This document shows, in pieces, positions 1-15,030 of a DNA stretch of 64,000 nucleotides. The stretch is from Octopus vulgaris (taxonomy: Eukaryota), in assembly GCA_951406725.2 (NCBI GenBank), contig OX597814.1, positions 31,806,001-31,870,000 on the forward strand. Direction: 5' to 3'. The notes under the pieces were generated by a model. The model ran no database searches, was not told the origin of the DNA, and saw only the letters and a program-made list of their open reading frames with translations. Positions within the stretch are counted from its first letter, which is position 1. Every line of letters starts with the position of its first letter. Made by a program: the position numbers and the translations under genes.

Positions 1-594
1 CAAAACCACCCACTCTACCCTCTGCAGCATTATTATTACTTACAATAATACATTCAGCTGTAAGCTAAACTAATTTGTCCTTTTATATACAAATAAAGAG
101 AGAAGAGACAGCGATCACTGACATCTACCCACACAAAATAGCTCTCATACCCTTACATACATGCACCCCCTACACAAATACACGCGCACAAGTACACAGA
201 CAAACACACTCACACACACAAACACACACAAACACACATACACACACAAACACGCAAAGGTATATATTCCCAGTTGAAGTTATAGGCAGTACTGCATTTC
301 ACTCGATATTGTATAAATATATTTAATGCATATATGTATGTGATATGTGTGGAGCTGTTCGGGGTATATATGTGCCTTTGTGTATAATGTATTTATAAGC
401 AAGTTCGTAAACGTATGTAAGTTTTAACATATCAATATACTACATTTTTATAAGTAGAATGCTGACTCATGTTTTCAAAATGTAAATATTAAGAGCATAG
501 CATTTACTCCTAGAACCATACAACTACACGCATTAAGATGAATATGTATGTTTGTACCTAAATATGTATCTATGTTATTATTGAGTTTTTCTAG

Positions 595-672
595 GTTTCG
601 TGCTAGTGGAAGAAGCCGGTTTCTAACTGAGATCCAAGGCTTCATCACTGGAATTCCAACAGCATCAACAAG
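595..672 (+). CDS. Candidate internal coding exon (78 bp) of an unidentified host gene: (R)FRASGRSRFLTEIQGFITGIPTAST(R)
   Basis: Acceptor tttttctAG at 593-594 and donor AG|gtagat at 673. Only one frame is open, and the exon is GC-richer than its flanks. It splices in frame to 8391. Confidence 0.45.
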
Positions 673-1330
673 GTAGATACGCATGGATTTGGATTCAGTG
701 CCTGCGCAGAACTATGCGTTTTGTTTTATGTATGTATACTCGTACATATAGTTGCACATCGAAACGTCAGTACGTATGATTATATATTAAACTTTTGGAA
801 AGTTTTACATGGTGGCGTATGAGTTCACTTATGACGTGCATGTATCCCTCTGGTGTATCTCATTTTAAACGCTATTCTTCCACACTGAAAGACAAGCTTA
901 AAGAAAATGCCAAACAGTAATTACACAAAAACACGTAGAGAAACAATTACATGGAGAGATATATATTATATGGCTGCAGCCAGTATATATAAAGGAAAAT
1001 AGGAATAAATAACGTAAAAGATAATTTCTTGATTTATGCAAATTTTTCCTGCTTCCAGTGACGTTAGACCAATACCAAATTTAAATGAGAAGTGGGGATG
1101 ACTACAGGAATCAAATATACTCCTAAACTGGCATACCGTTAAGATTTTCATAAGACAGGGGTTTAGCTGTGAGGACGAGACTGTCATAATAGGCGTCATA
1201 AGAAAAGCATCTACTCTACATTTTCGGTGAATGAAGCTTGTAACTATATACAAAACAGAATAGGGCACACATTTTGGTTTATACAATTTGCATAAATTAA
1301 ACATAAATGGAGTCATCAAGATAACACGGT

Positions 1331-1775
1331 GAGATGACCCTTATTTCTAGAATTGTAGGTTTTCTAATAACTTTAGTCGTATTTAATGACAATTACAGGT
1401 TTCCTTTTTCGTAATATATTGCCAAACCGCTGCCGAATTTAATTATTTGCATACACATTAGCGATTCGCTAAATCATCCACAGATTTCTGTGGTGTAGAC
1501 ATATATGCTAGTAGAGATCTTGTCCAGAATGTGGCGAATCGTTCCGACCCTGCTTAAGAGGTTTCTATGTTAAATGCAAAACTGTCCGATATTACAAGGA
1601 TATCTGGACTTCCGTTTACGGTCGCTGTTTGTATTATGTATACAATTATGTGATGTGACTTCCGTATCAGAGAGCTTTAGCTCTTATTTCTAGCATTGTA
1701 GGTGTTCAAACAAACTCAGTCATGTTTAATGAAAATTGTAGTTTTCCTTTCTGGTAATACGTTGCTAAACAGCAG
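1331..1775. repeat. Diverged ~95 bp direct repeat (1340-1430 vs 1683-1775)
   Basis: Both copies read cttatttctag.attgtaggt.ttc.aa.aact..agtc...tttaatga.aatt..a(g)gtttcctt...gtaata..ttgc.aaac.gc. Confidence 0.6.
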
Positions 1776-1794
1776 TTTTCGCCATGATAGACCG

Positions 1795-1977
1795 CTAGCC
1801 ACTATACATTCTTTATTTCCTCTCCTTGTTTCCTTTTGTTTTCCTTCCTGTGGAAAAACGTAGGCTCGAAACGTTTAAGACTTTTTCACTTTCCGAGGGT
1901 TAAACTAATATATCTGTTTGTTTGTTTACACTACCTGTCTTCGTCTTGTGTGATTTTTTTCGTGAATTCTCCCCCAC

Positions 1978-1980
<3 letters not shown>
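1795..1980 (+). mobile_element. Solo 3' terminal segment (pLTR-like) of the Neptune-type Penelope-like family, ending in (TA)n
   Basis: Similar to the 3' end of the element at 21022-23100 (gaagagcgtag...ttaaactaatacatc...gtgaattctc). Contains a degenerate hammerhead-like GCTCGAAACGTT. Confidence 0.6.
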
Positions 1981-2038
<58 letters not shown>

Positions 2039-2088
2039 ACGTACTCGCGTTGCTGTGTTTTTTTCTGTGTTTTCTTGTTTGGATTAAC

Positions 2089-2135
<47 letters not shown>

Positions 2136-2136
<1 letters not shown>

Positions 2137-2396
2137 GAGGCGCAATGGCCCAGTGGTTAGGGCAGCGGACTCGCGGTCGTAGGATCGCGGTTTCTATTCC
2201 CAGACCGTGAGTGTTTATTGAACGAAAACACCTAAAGCTCCCCGAGGCTCCGTCAGTGGGTGGTGGAAATCCCTGTTGTACTCTTTCTTCTGTTGGTTTG
2301 CTAGCTAAGCCAGCGGGGTGGCGTCATTTGAAGGCTAAAACAATGCGAAGCGAATTGTGACCAGCGATGTGTAGCAACATCTGATAGCCTGGTCGG
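2136..2396 (+). mobile_element. tRNA-derived SINE family A, tail type 1
   Basis: tRNA-like head GGAGGCGCAATGGCCCAGTGGTTAGG...GGTTTCTATTCCC. Near-identical copies occur at 16036, 33241 and 41858. Confidence 0.85.
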
Positions 2397-2524
2397 AGGA
2401 GCAAAAATACTGGAGAATCAGTATACACAACGTGGTAAAATTATGAGTTGAAAATATGGAAAAACGTATATAAAAAGTGGAAGAGAATTGCCTTCGTTTC
2501 ACATAGTTTAATATCTATTTATAA

Positions 2525-2570
<46 letters not shown>

Positions 2571-2845
2571 TATATATACACATACATATTTTATGGATAT
2601 CGTGATATCCAACCGGTTTTCGCTATTTACATTAGCTTTCAAGTGACATTGTGAATCGATCATTTCTTGTGACACAGGAGTTTTGCCATTTTGGATACAT
2701 GAAAAGTAAGAATGAGTCTAGAGAGTGGCCAAAGGGAGGCAACAGTTGGCAACTAACTCCTCATTATATTTCTTGAAATAGGAATGTGTAAGGATCAGGT
2801 GGTCAAGTTTGTATATTAAGGTGTGGTCTGTACTTTTGTATGAGC

Positions 2846-3407
2846 AGGTTTCCTTCGATGTCATCAACCTCTACACTAGCATTCCACATGACTACGGATT
2901 AGAGGCAATAAAATTCTGGTTAGAAAATTACCCCGAAATTCACCCGGACCGTATGAACCAGACTTTTGACATTCAATCTCTGAAGTTCATCCTACAAAAC
3001 AATTACTTCCTATTCGAAGAAAACATACTACCGCCAAAAATGTGGTATTGCGATGCGAACAAAAGTAGCACCTGACCTTGCGAACCTAAAATTCGGCTTC
3101 TTTAAATTTACCCAATACGAACTTTCGTTCCAGAAACTTGGACTCCATTTTACCAGTATATAAGAGAAAACTGGAAAAGGTATGTAGACGATCATTTTAT
3201 CATTTGGAATGCAACCTATGATAAACTTCTGGATTTCAAATCTACACTGAACAATATAAACTCTAATATTCAATTTACAATGGAATATAACAAGGAAAGC
3301 TCCCATTTCTGGACATTTTGATTATAAAAAAAATCCAAGAACCAAATTGCAACTGACATCTACTACAAACCAACAGACTCAAAACAGTATCTCCTTTTCA
3401 GTTCATG
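2846..3407 (+). mobile_element. Penelope-like element reverse transcriptase fragment (frameshifted)
   Basis: Motifs SFDVINLYTSIPHDYGLEAI, FILQNNYFLF, GIAMRTKVAPDLANL, WKRYVDD, NIQFTME, DIYYKPTDSKQYLLFSSC. Confidence 0.9.
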
Positions 3408-3474
3408 CCAAAACAATGCGAAGCGCATTGTAACCAGCGATGTATTGCAACATCTGATAGCCTGGTCGGTCACA

Positions 3475-3551
<77 letters not shown>

Positions 3552-3739
3552 GTTTGGACTAATGAGTATATGTCTATTAGTGTGTTGAGTGAAGTACATT
3601 CACAGTTTGGAAATGCACCACCCAGGGGAAAGAGATTAATAACGTATCTTTAACAAAAAAAGAACATAAAATTCCAGTCATAAAATGAAAGAAAGAAGAA
3701 CATAGACGCACTCGAAACCGCACGAGTACTATTTCTTAC

Positions 3740-4290
3740 TGCTTTTTTTACCAGAACTCTCTCCTCGGGAAAGGTCATCCAGGGCCACATTCCAAACCAG
3801 GCCTTTCGTTTCAGGACAAGAACATATCCGACTCCAACATAATTTATACTCTACAAAGCTCAGGTGGGACACCTGATGGAGTATTGCTGTCATACATAAA
3901 CGTTACACTGCGGCACACCTCCTTACAGATGTCATTAAGAAAAGGCCGTCTGAATGACTGCCATAAATTTACACGGACAGAATCCAACCTTTCACACACA
4001 AACACTCTTTCCTTTCTCTGCCTTTTTTCTCCTTCATGTACGTAGAACTCGATAGCCTCATGTCAAGTGTATTTAGGTATTTCTGAGCCACTCATCACTT
4101 CAATTCTAACTAATTTCGTGGTCTTTAAACTCCTTAGTAGCTGCAATAATCAAGAACACCTGTACTCCTTTCTCAGACCAAGAGTTCTCTGCATTTTCTT
4201 TCCTGCTTTGTTTTCCGCATGGATGTTGAACTGCAAAGTTTCGAGAGGCATATTAAAATATGAAACTCACCAGTCCTAATGGGTCTAAGA
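3740..4290 (+). mobile_element. Highly decayed LINE RT C-terminal fragment (L2/CR1/Jockey-like)
   Basis: ILYKAQVGHLMEYCCHT at ~3847-3897 resembles the LYKAQVRPxMEYCxHVW thumb-region motif. Confidence 0.5.
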
Positions 4291-4477
4291 AGTCCTTGAA
4301 AACTACCCCTTCCTTGAGACACGGAAATTAAAAAGTATGGTAAGCAGCTGTACAATATAGAAACAAAATTCAGTAGGCAAAAACAATAAGCGTTAAAGTT
4401 TTCTAATGCCATTTAAACCACGATTAATACATACACACACATGCATACATACATGCATATATATGTGCGTGTGTATG

Positions 4478-4513
<36 letters not shown>

Positions 4514-5799
4514 ATATGTATATATATATATAAATACATACATATATATATATGTATATATATATAAATAAATACATACAAATATATATCATAAAACAAC
4601 TTAGGGATACATTTAGATTAATTGAGAAAAAAACCCAGAAAGTTTAAGAGCTTTTATAGACTAATACATCATATATACAAAAAGAAATAATAGATCATCA
4701 GTATATATGTGTATGTGTGTGTTTGTGTCTGTGTCTGTGGGAGTGCGTGTGTTTGTGTGTGTGTGTATGTATGTATGTATGTATGTATGTATGTATGTGT
4801 ATTTATGTGCGGCGTAGAGATAAAGAAAAATGAAGAGAAAGAGACAGAAAGAAAATGTGCGTGAGTGAGAGAGAGAGAATATGTGTGTGAGAGAGTGTAC
4901 TTTTGAACACTTTTAAATAGTGAGACCGAGAAGTACATATATCAATACAACTCCATATGGGTACATTTGTATATGAATGCGAGAATGAATGTGAGTTTAT
5001 ATGTACATGGACACTACTCATATACGTACACTTTCTGAGCACAGATGTTCCTTCAAACTTACAAAAAAAGAAAACAAAAGAAAAATAACTAACGTTGTGT
5101 TTTATGTACACTGACTTCCTTGTTTGTACTATTTTGTTGCTGAACAGAAATACATTATCTTTCACCCTAACTTCTTTTCGTTGTAAGTAAATAATAAATA
5201 GAAACGCAGTTTTTTAAAAAATGGCTACAAAATACTAAAGTTTAGCAATATATTTTTTAAATGATCTGCTAAGTATCGATGTTGAAAAAAAACAAAAAAA
5301 AAAACATTGTAAACTCTTTCTATAATTTCGTTTCTATATTTAAATAAATGGTCTTCGCTATGTAATTTTAAAAATATTAAGTAAAATCAGTAATGGAAGA
5401 TAAAATAGTAAAATAAATACGCCAACCCTCAATTACTCACTTGTAGACTATGGTAAAATGTTTTCCATGGGAGAAAACCCTGAAATATTAGTTCTAAAAT
5501 ATTTCGGAAATTTAAAAAATTTTATGAAGTAACATTCTGGTCGAGAAGTTAGCATCAAAGCAATTACGTGTTTCCGTTATACTTTCACAATATGGCATAT
5601 TAAATGAGTGTATGCGTGTGTATATAGACTAAAGTTGTCAAGAACTCAATTGTCAGTTAAACACATTTGAAATCTGCAGAGTACACAATGTATGAAAGCG
5701 TTAATTTTGTTAAAATTCTATAATAAAAAACGTGAAAACCAGACTGTTTTAACTTTATTCAACTGATACACACACATGTATATGTCTTGCAAACAACTT

Positions 5800-6190
5800 G
5801 CACATGCAAGTGCTACCAGTTAAAAGCTCCGTATATCGGAAGCTAGCAAGTGTATGGGGTCATCAGGAGTGAATGCGCGCCGTTTCGGGGCCTACCTCAC
5901 AACGGCATCAATGCGCACCGGCCCTCACTGATATGAGGCCCCGCTTGCTAGATCAGCTGGTTATGAAGAACTCAATATACTTCTAGCCATCGCTCATCGT
6001 CTCTTTTTAACCAAATCCAGTGGCTAGCCTTCTCCACTGTAGATTGGATATCAGTCATGGTGGTATTGACTTTACGATGAGTTAGGCCTAGCGATAACAA
6101 GAGTCGTCTCACGCTGTGTCCTACAAACCCTCTTCATCCGACTTCGATAGGAAAATGTTCCGCTTTCCAGCCTGCGTCTTCTCCATCACA
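5800..6190 (-). mobile_element. 3' end of a Hero-type (restriction-like endonuclease) non-LTR retrotransposon
   Basis: Minus strand reads GWKAEHFPIEVG*RGFVGHSVRRLLLSLGL...VEKASHWIWLKRDDERW, matching the PIEVGCRGF...AEKASxWLWLKR C-terminus of Hero elements. Structured 3' UTR follows. Confidence 0.75.
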
Positions 6191-6409
6191 TATAAGAAGA
6201 GAGAAAGAATGAGAAACAGATTTGTTTTACACAAGTAATGAATATATTAGAATCATCATAGCAAAAGTATTATACATTATTAAACAAAATAAGATTTTTT
6301 CTTCCAACATAATACAACCGGTTTCACTAACGCCTTTCAAATGTTTGAGTATTGTATACCGTTTGGTGTTAGGGATTTTGTTTGCTAGGGGGGATAATTG
6401 GTAACCAGT

Positions 6410-7839
6410 GATAGTACTTGGTCGGCGGCTATGGCTTGAGCGAAGGTGGTTCGAAGATAGTTAGCCTTCAGTGTAGCAAATGAATCTTGATCTATTGGCT
6501 GGACGAGTGGAATCGTGTTCGACGGAAAAGACACCGAGATGTCCAGGCGCATTATCTAGAAGCAATAAAATCTTGAAAGGAATTCCTCTCAAAAAAATAT
6601 CCACGAACTTGAGGAATAAAACAATTCAGAAACAAAGCTTCAAACAGTCCCCATGTCATCCATGCTTAGGTTGAAAACGAAAGCAGACGGGTAATGTGAG
6701 CTTATCTACATTCTTGAATGCACACGAGTTTTCTGAGTAGCAAATAAAAAACGGTTTCAGCTTAAATCCTGCGATGTTCCCGCCAAGTAGCAGAGTCAGC
6801 CTGTTCTTAAATGCTTTAAGTCCAGACATGCATTTGGCTTCTTTGTTGATGTAAGTGCGTACTGTCATGCGTTTCTAAAACATTCCTGTTCCATCCACGT
6901 CAAAATCTGCTCTACTAGATTGCCTTCATTCACAATTATTTCGTTCAAATAGCTTACAAACTTACCAGCTGCTTCCTTGTCGGCACTCACCGCTTCTCAA
7001 GTCACTCGAACGTTATGAAGTTGGAATGTTTCTTTAAAGCTTTTGGACAAGCTAGTACTTGCTAAAGCTTCTTGGCTGTATTCTTCCCCGGAACGCTCTT
7101 TTAGAGCCTGAAATAGACTTCTGGCCTTCGACTGTTGAGTGAAGCGACTTAACGATGCTGGTTTTGGGATCTGATCTTCAATCCAAATTTGCGGAAATTT
7201 TTCCATTTCTTGGATGGACCCAGTCCGCTGCTTTGTTATAACTGTAGATCGCATGGGTACTGAACCTTTCACAGCTTCACGAATCCTTTCTTTATCCTTC
7301 AAAATTATCGAAATAATATAGTGTGATTACTTCAGTTTAAGTGCGATCTCATCCATTTTCTTTCCTCCTACGTGATGTCTAATCACAATAATTTTTGTGT
7401 CGACATCGATGCCCTTTCTTTCTTTCTTGGCAGTTTGAGGAGCAGATGAAGATAATTTCCTCTTTGTAGATATTTTAGGGGATAATTTTTGAAACAATTT
7501 CAAAGACAAAACACCAAGAGTCACCGGAAGAGTTGCGCTCTATCGAGCCTAGCGTTAGTCAAAATATTTCAGAGTCTCAAGCAGTCCTCTTATAAACAAA
7601 TACGAGGTTGCCTCGATGTCACTGCGACAGAATATTCATCCAATACTTGGGATAACCACAGGGGTGATTGATAACCAAACATAGGGTAAGCGTTTGTTAG
7701 CTGACGTCATCCGTAGACAGGATAATTTCTAAGAAAGTAAACCCATTAGATTTCAACTGGACTATATATTATCGCTGCCGGGTGCTGGGCCGCAAATCGT
7801 CGTAAAACCGATCGGTTGTAAGTCGACGACGACCTGCTG
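6410..7839 (-). mobile_element. Tigger/pogo DNA transposon relic (CENP-B HTH + DDE_1), 3'-truncated
   Basis: Frameshifted peptides KERKGIDVDTKIIVIR, QIWIEDQ, RTYINKEAK..SGLKAFKNRLTLLLGGNIAG.KLKP, PFKILLLLDNAPGH, QPIDQ. TIR CAGCAGGTCGTCGTCGACTTAC starts at 7839 next to TA. Confidence 0.9.
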
Positions 7840-7903
<64 letters not shown>

Positions 7904-7980
7904 CATATACACATATATACATACACATATATACATACATATATATACATATATAAACAAACCCATATGTATATATTTTC

Positions 7981-8192
7981 ATTTCTACTCTAGGCACAAG
8001 GCCCGAAATTTTGGGAGAGGGAGCCAGTCGATTAGATCGACCCCAGTATGCAATTGGTACTTAATTTATCGATCCCGAAAGAATGAAAGGCAAAGTCGAC
8101 CTCCGGGGAATTTGAACTCAGAACGTAAAACAGACGAAATACCGCTAAGCATTTCCACCGGCGTGCTAACGTTTCTGCCAGCTCGCCGCCTT
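7981..8192 (-). mobile_element. tRNA-derived SINE family C
   Basis: Head GGCGGCGAGCTGGCAGAAACGTTAGCAC, B-box-like GAGTTCAAATTCC, central GGTCGACTTTGCCTTTCAT block. Many copies in the window. Confidence 0.85.
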
Positions 8193-8390
8193 ATATAGGC
8201 TTATATAGCCTGAGATAAGTGTTATACCACACTTGATGGTGTATATGATCAAAAATAAACATGATTGACAAATACTAGTGACTCCTAATTTTGGTTAATC
8301 TCTGCATGTACGATGACATTGTGGTGCTCAACTACATTCAGATTTGTATTTACAAACTTTGCTCTACACGGGTCAAATTTTATTTTACAG

Positions 8391-8448
8391 ATATGAACAT
8401 ACCGGATATCTATCTGCAAATCGCCCTTGCATGCCTCGATTGGATTAA
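8391..8448 (+). CDS. Candidate terminal coding exon: (R)YEHTGYLSANRPCMPRLD*
   Basis: Strong acceptor ttttattttacAG ending at 8390. Phase is compatible with exon 595-672, TAA stop at 8446-8448, followed by AT-rich UTR-like sequence. Confidence 0.4.
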
Positions 8449-10093
8449 CGTAACGTCCCTTGGAAAGAAGAGCATATTATAAACAACAAACTTCCAATCT
8501 TCAGTTTAACAGGCAGCTTCATTAGAGTAATTTTTAGTAAGATACTTTAGTTTGGTCTCTTTAACTTGGCCTTTTCAAATATTTTTGCATCATTTGGCAA
8601 AGAAATGATTCTAATCATTCCATTTCATTGTCATCTTTTCTCAATCACTCACATTTACATCAACATGATTTAGATTGTTTTTATAAAAGCTACGTTTGAA
8701 TCAATTCCCATAGATGTTCACTACCGGATGCTTGCAATCGGAAATGAAAGAAAAAGACACGTTAATTGACACCAGCTATCAGTAGTAATGTTGTTATTTC
8801 ATAATTATCTAATTGGTGAATGTGTCACGACCTACTGATGTGGTAAGAATAATGCCATTTCTGTTCATCATATTGGTAACTTTTTATACTTAAATGCCTT
8901 TCAATATACATACCTTACATTATATATATATATATATATATATATAACACATAACACTATACATACATACATACAGACACATATACACATAAAACACACA
9001 GGCACATATACATAACCACAGATACACATTTTATATTTAATGAATATTATTGCAGTAATATTCATTAAACTATGTTACAAATTAAGTTGTAGTTGCTTCT
9101 TTTTTATTATTAAAAACTGTGTGTGTGTTTGTGCGTGTATGTATATGTGTGTGTGAGTTCGTGTGTGTGTGTCTCTGTGATTGCATTGTCCCCTACTGCT
9201 TGACAGCAGCTACTTGTTTGATAATGTCCCTGCAACATAACGATAGAAATAGTGCCGGGTTTAAAACAATTAGTATTAAGATCGATTCGTTCCACTAAAA
9301 GCCTTCAACGCGGTGCACCACCATGGCAGAAGTCTAACGACAATAAAGAAATTAAAAGGTAGAATATAAAAAAATATATGTCTATCTGTACGTGTGTCAA
9401 TGTATGTATCTGGCTATGTGTATGAGAATATATAAATTTCACATTTCGATATATTAAGAAAATTCAACCTTAACACGATACTATATTGATTTCAAATTTG
9501 GGCACAGGGTTAGCGGTTTAGGGGAAAAGGGTAAGTCGATTACAACGACCCCAGTGTTCAACTGTTACTTGTTTCACTAAACACGATGCTACATTAAAAC
9601 GCGTCTACATGACACCAATTGTATTGCAGGATTATATTTAGCTTTAGCATCAGAGATTCCTTAATTCGTCGTTATTTTTCTTGGTCTGTGAGTCATTCAA
9701 TCAAGTAGAATCAAATTTAAGAAATCGTTCCAAACCAATCTCTGATTAACATTATGTATTAAGTATTAAACATTGTACATACAATCAATAATATACTTTA
9801 AAGGTCACATTTTGTTAAGAGAATAAGGTGATGTTCAATGAAGAGTGAAAAGTAATTCAAAGTTGTTTTGTTAGATTGCTAAATGAATGAATGCATATTG
9901 TACTAGCATTCGTACAACAACGATGTTTGCAGGTGGCATAATGACTGGATATAACACAGTAAATATATAGTTCAAACACTCACACACATATATATATGCG
10001 TATATATGATTCTCTCCATATATATATATATATTTATATATATATATATTTCTAGAGATACATTTGATACTTATAATACATACATATATGTGC

Positions 10094-10156
<63 letters not shown>

Positions 10157-10688
10157 TACGTTTGTATATGTATATTTATATATACGTATGTATATGAATG
10201 GAGAGGTAGAAAGAAATATAAAAGGATTTAGGCATAGGATGAACAGAATGGTATATTCTTTTCAAAATTTGTAGCTCGTGACTCAATCGTCGCTTGCATA
10301 ATTAAGAAAGAATACATTGTTTAGTCTGTCAAGGTTTTTTATTCCTATAGTGTATATCCGGCTGCGAGCATCCGTGAGAATAGCTTGCCACATAGGAACT
10401 AGTCGTATCATCCCTGTCACTCATTGAATTAGCCACCAGAAAAGACAGATTTAGTTCACTAAAATGTATTTTGTGCAATAGAACTTAGGTTTAGAATCCC
10501 TGTGGTATATCTTTGATTTAGTTCTTCCTCATCACATTGTTTCCTTTTTCTATGTATGTATTCACGTATGTTTACGTATATAGTTCCATGTATAGTCTTA
10601 TATTGTGTATATCGTCTTATGTATAGTCGTATATTTAATGGGTTTTTATTATTGTTTCTTTAATTCTGTGTTATACTCATCCAAAAAG

Positions 10689-10782
<94 letters not shown>

Positions 10783-11768
10783 GTACATGTACACACGCAC
10801 GCACGCGCACGCAACACACACAACACACACACAAAGTTTTGAAAATTTCACAGTAGTATGTTATTGAAAAATTTTTTAAATGTGTTCTAGGGATAGTCAT
10901 GCCGCCAATAATAGTAAGACACGCACTGGTTCAATACCGCTTCTTTATCGTTAGTCAAATGGTTAAATATGTAACCAACTAACTAATCGATCGTTTGTTT
11001 AGTGTGCTGTTTTAAACAATCAATATGTTAGTTTCTGTTTTACGTTGCCATTCGCGGCCTTTTTAGTGACTTTTTAGTGACCCTCTCTCTACAAGGTTAG
11101 CACTAAGCCTGTCAGACACTTGGCCTTATACCTGTGTATGCATGCTCGTATGTTTATGTAGATATGTGTTTGCTTTGGAGAGGAGGTAAGGGTGAGAATA
11201 AACAAAGAGTTTTTATGAATGTATACATGTACGTGCGTGTAGTGTGTGTGTGTATGCCCGCGTGACTGCTTGGATGCACTTTTGTGTCTTTGTGGGTACA
11301 AATGATCAAGTAGTTGGTTAGATATTTAACCAATCGCCTAACAGTGAGAAAATGGAACCGGACCACTGCGTGTGTCATTGATATTAGCGTAATCACTCTC
11401 CTAATACACAATATAATTTGTTTCAACAACACGAATTCAAAGCAAAAATCTTGCAAACCGAACACGAGTCAAAGAAAATGATTATCTTTTACTTATTCCA
11501 GTCATTTGACTGTGGCCATGCTGAAGTACCGCCTTGAAGTGAAGGGTATGTTAGTCGAACAAATCGACCGCAAGACTTTTTTTAAGCCTTGGTCTGTTTT
11601 GCCGAACTGCTAGGTTATAGGGACGGAAAACATAGCCATAAAGACACACATCCACACATAGTTATGATTCAAATAATTGAAAGAATGAATATACAAACAA
11701 CTAAATGATAATAATATCTAAGAAAAATTCTAGGTGTATTTTAAATGCATTTTTGTTTAATTTTATTT

Positions 11769-11881
11769 TCCTTTAAATCTCAGCTACTGAAGAGTACAAA
11801 TTCGACCTTTATGATGTTCCCTTTATGGAAATCTTGATTTTTTTGTTCGAAACAATTGTCTCAGAATATGAGATAAAAGGA
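11769..11881 (+). ncRNA. Type I hammerhead ribozyme motif in a non-coding insertion (~11660-12090) that splits a SINE B copy
   Basis: CTGAAGA 11787-11793, long helix II (GTACAAA/TTTGTTC), GAAA 11849-11852, palindromic helix III CAATTG, GUC site ending at 11860. Distal helix I ATCTCA/TGAGAT and TCCTTT/AAAGGA. Confidence 0.7.
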
Positions 11882-12470
11882 TAACCATTTTAACATCCAA
11901 TCTGTTTCATTTCATTTATTTGATGAAATTTCTTGAACTTTGTTTAATAAATTAAGTCTTATATTGATTATTTCTTTATATACTTTCATACCTATGCGAT
12001 TTCAAAATTCGTAAATAACGGATGAGGAAAAGATATTAGAAATCTATGGAAACAATTCCTACTAAAGGACGAAGATAAATTCATCCGGATATATTTACAC
12101 ACACACTTATATACGGCGGATTTACAATTTCTGTCTACCAAATCCACTTACACAGCTTTGGTCGGCCCAAGGCTATAGTAGCAGCCACCAGTTTCGACCG
12201 CTTTAACACAACCTCCTCACGTTGGAAGACAAAGGAAATTAAATTTAAATAAATTTAATTACATTAAACTTTCATATTATCTGTTCTGGAAGTTCGCTTG
12301 GTTTTCTAGAGATTACGCGGTGCTGTGTTTCTTTCCCTCCTTTTTGCTATTGTTGCTATTGGAAGTGGTGGCTGGTTAATGATAGCGGTCTCGTAGTGAT
12401 GAGATGAGGGACAATGATAGTAGCAACAGCAGTTAGGACCCAGTGGTTTATAACAGAATTCCAGCTAGCT

Positions 12471-12708
12471 CAGTAGTTCTCAACCATTGTTTTTACCTAT
12501 GGACCCCTTTGATTTCTGATTTACTCTACTGGGCTTCTATACGCATTCGATGTATATAGGAGAATCCTATTGTATATTTATAATTAAATATTATTAGGAA
12601 TTATATGAAAAAAGCTAAAATACTTCCGTGTATTGTAGAAATGTAAGCAATTTATTGCACATAAATTTTAACAGCAAAATCTTATATGGCCCCGGTTGAG
12701 AACCACTG
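12471..12708. mobile_element. hAT (Charlie-like) MITE
   Basis: TIRs CAGTAGTTCTCAACC / GGTTGAGAACCACTG. 8-bp TSD agctagct / atctagct (7/8 match). Confidence 0.9.
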
Positions 12709-13094
12709 ATCTAGCTAGTAGTAATCATAACGGCTTATAGTTGTCGTCCGTCTACAATCTAGCAGTAGTCGCGGTGTTGGTCATAGTAAGAGTCGCAGTA
12801 TTGTTTGTGGCGATTGCTGTCTCCCTTAACCCATATATACCTATAAAAAAATTTCACAGTATTTCGATTAAACGTTATGGTAAGCTTTCGCAATCTGGAA
12901 GAGGGCAGTATGTAACTGTTAGCAACGGGTGTCGACTACCTACTGAATATTTCGTATGCTCAGGCAGATGCTTCCCGTCGAGTTCATATCCAAACAAGTA
13001 GGAGCAGGTTTTGCGTTGCGAAAACGCAAACAAGTGTATATATGGGTTAATAACCCACAAGAATTTAAGTTATCTTTTTTTAATTCAATACAAA

Positions 13095-14342
<1,248 letters not shown>

Positions 14343-14624
14343 TATATGTATAGATATATATATATATACATATATATGCACACACACATACATACATATG
14401 TACGTACATACATACACATACACATGCGCATATATACCGTCATAATGTGATGAGGATACATGTGTATATATATGTAGGTATGCATGAATGTATTTATATA
14501 GAAATATGTATATATCTTGTGACGTTAATACATAGTGTGTGATAAATAGAATGATAGGCGATATTCAGAATGAATAATGATAATGGCTGCCAACAGACAT
14601 GAAAAATCGGAAGATCTATTTTAT

Positions 14625-15030
14625 TTACTCTTTTACTCTTTTACTTGTTTCAGTCATTTGACTGCGGCCATGCTGGAGCACCGCCTTTTTTAATCGAGCA
14701 ACTCGACCCCAGGACTTATTCGTTTGTAAGCCCAGTACTTATTCTATCGGTCTCTTTTGCCGAACCGCTAAGTAACGGGTACGTAAACACACCAGCATCG
14801 GTTGTCAAGCAATGCTAGGGGGACAAACACAGACACACAGACATACACGCACACACACATATATATACACATATATACGACGGGCTTCTTTCAGTTTCCG
14901 TCTACCAAATCCACTCACAAGGCATTGGTCGGCCCGGGGCTATAGCAGAAGACACTTGCCCAAGGTTCCACACAGTGGGACTGAACCCGGAACCATGTGG
15001 TTGGTTAGCAAGCTACTTACCACACAGCCA
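14625..15030 (-). mobile_element. tRNA-derived SINE family B with internal (TA/TG)n microsatellite
   Basis: Head GGCTGTGTGGTAAGTAGCTTGC...GGGTTCAGTCCC, tail TGACTGAAACAAGTAAAAGAGTAAAAGAG. Copies at 24811, 39755 and 61231. Confidence 0.85.

Noticed and set aside
2136-2205. tRNA genes at SINE heads
   Set aside because: They run into SINE bodies and lack a full cloverleaf.
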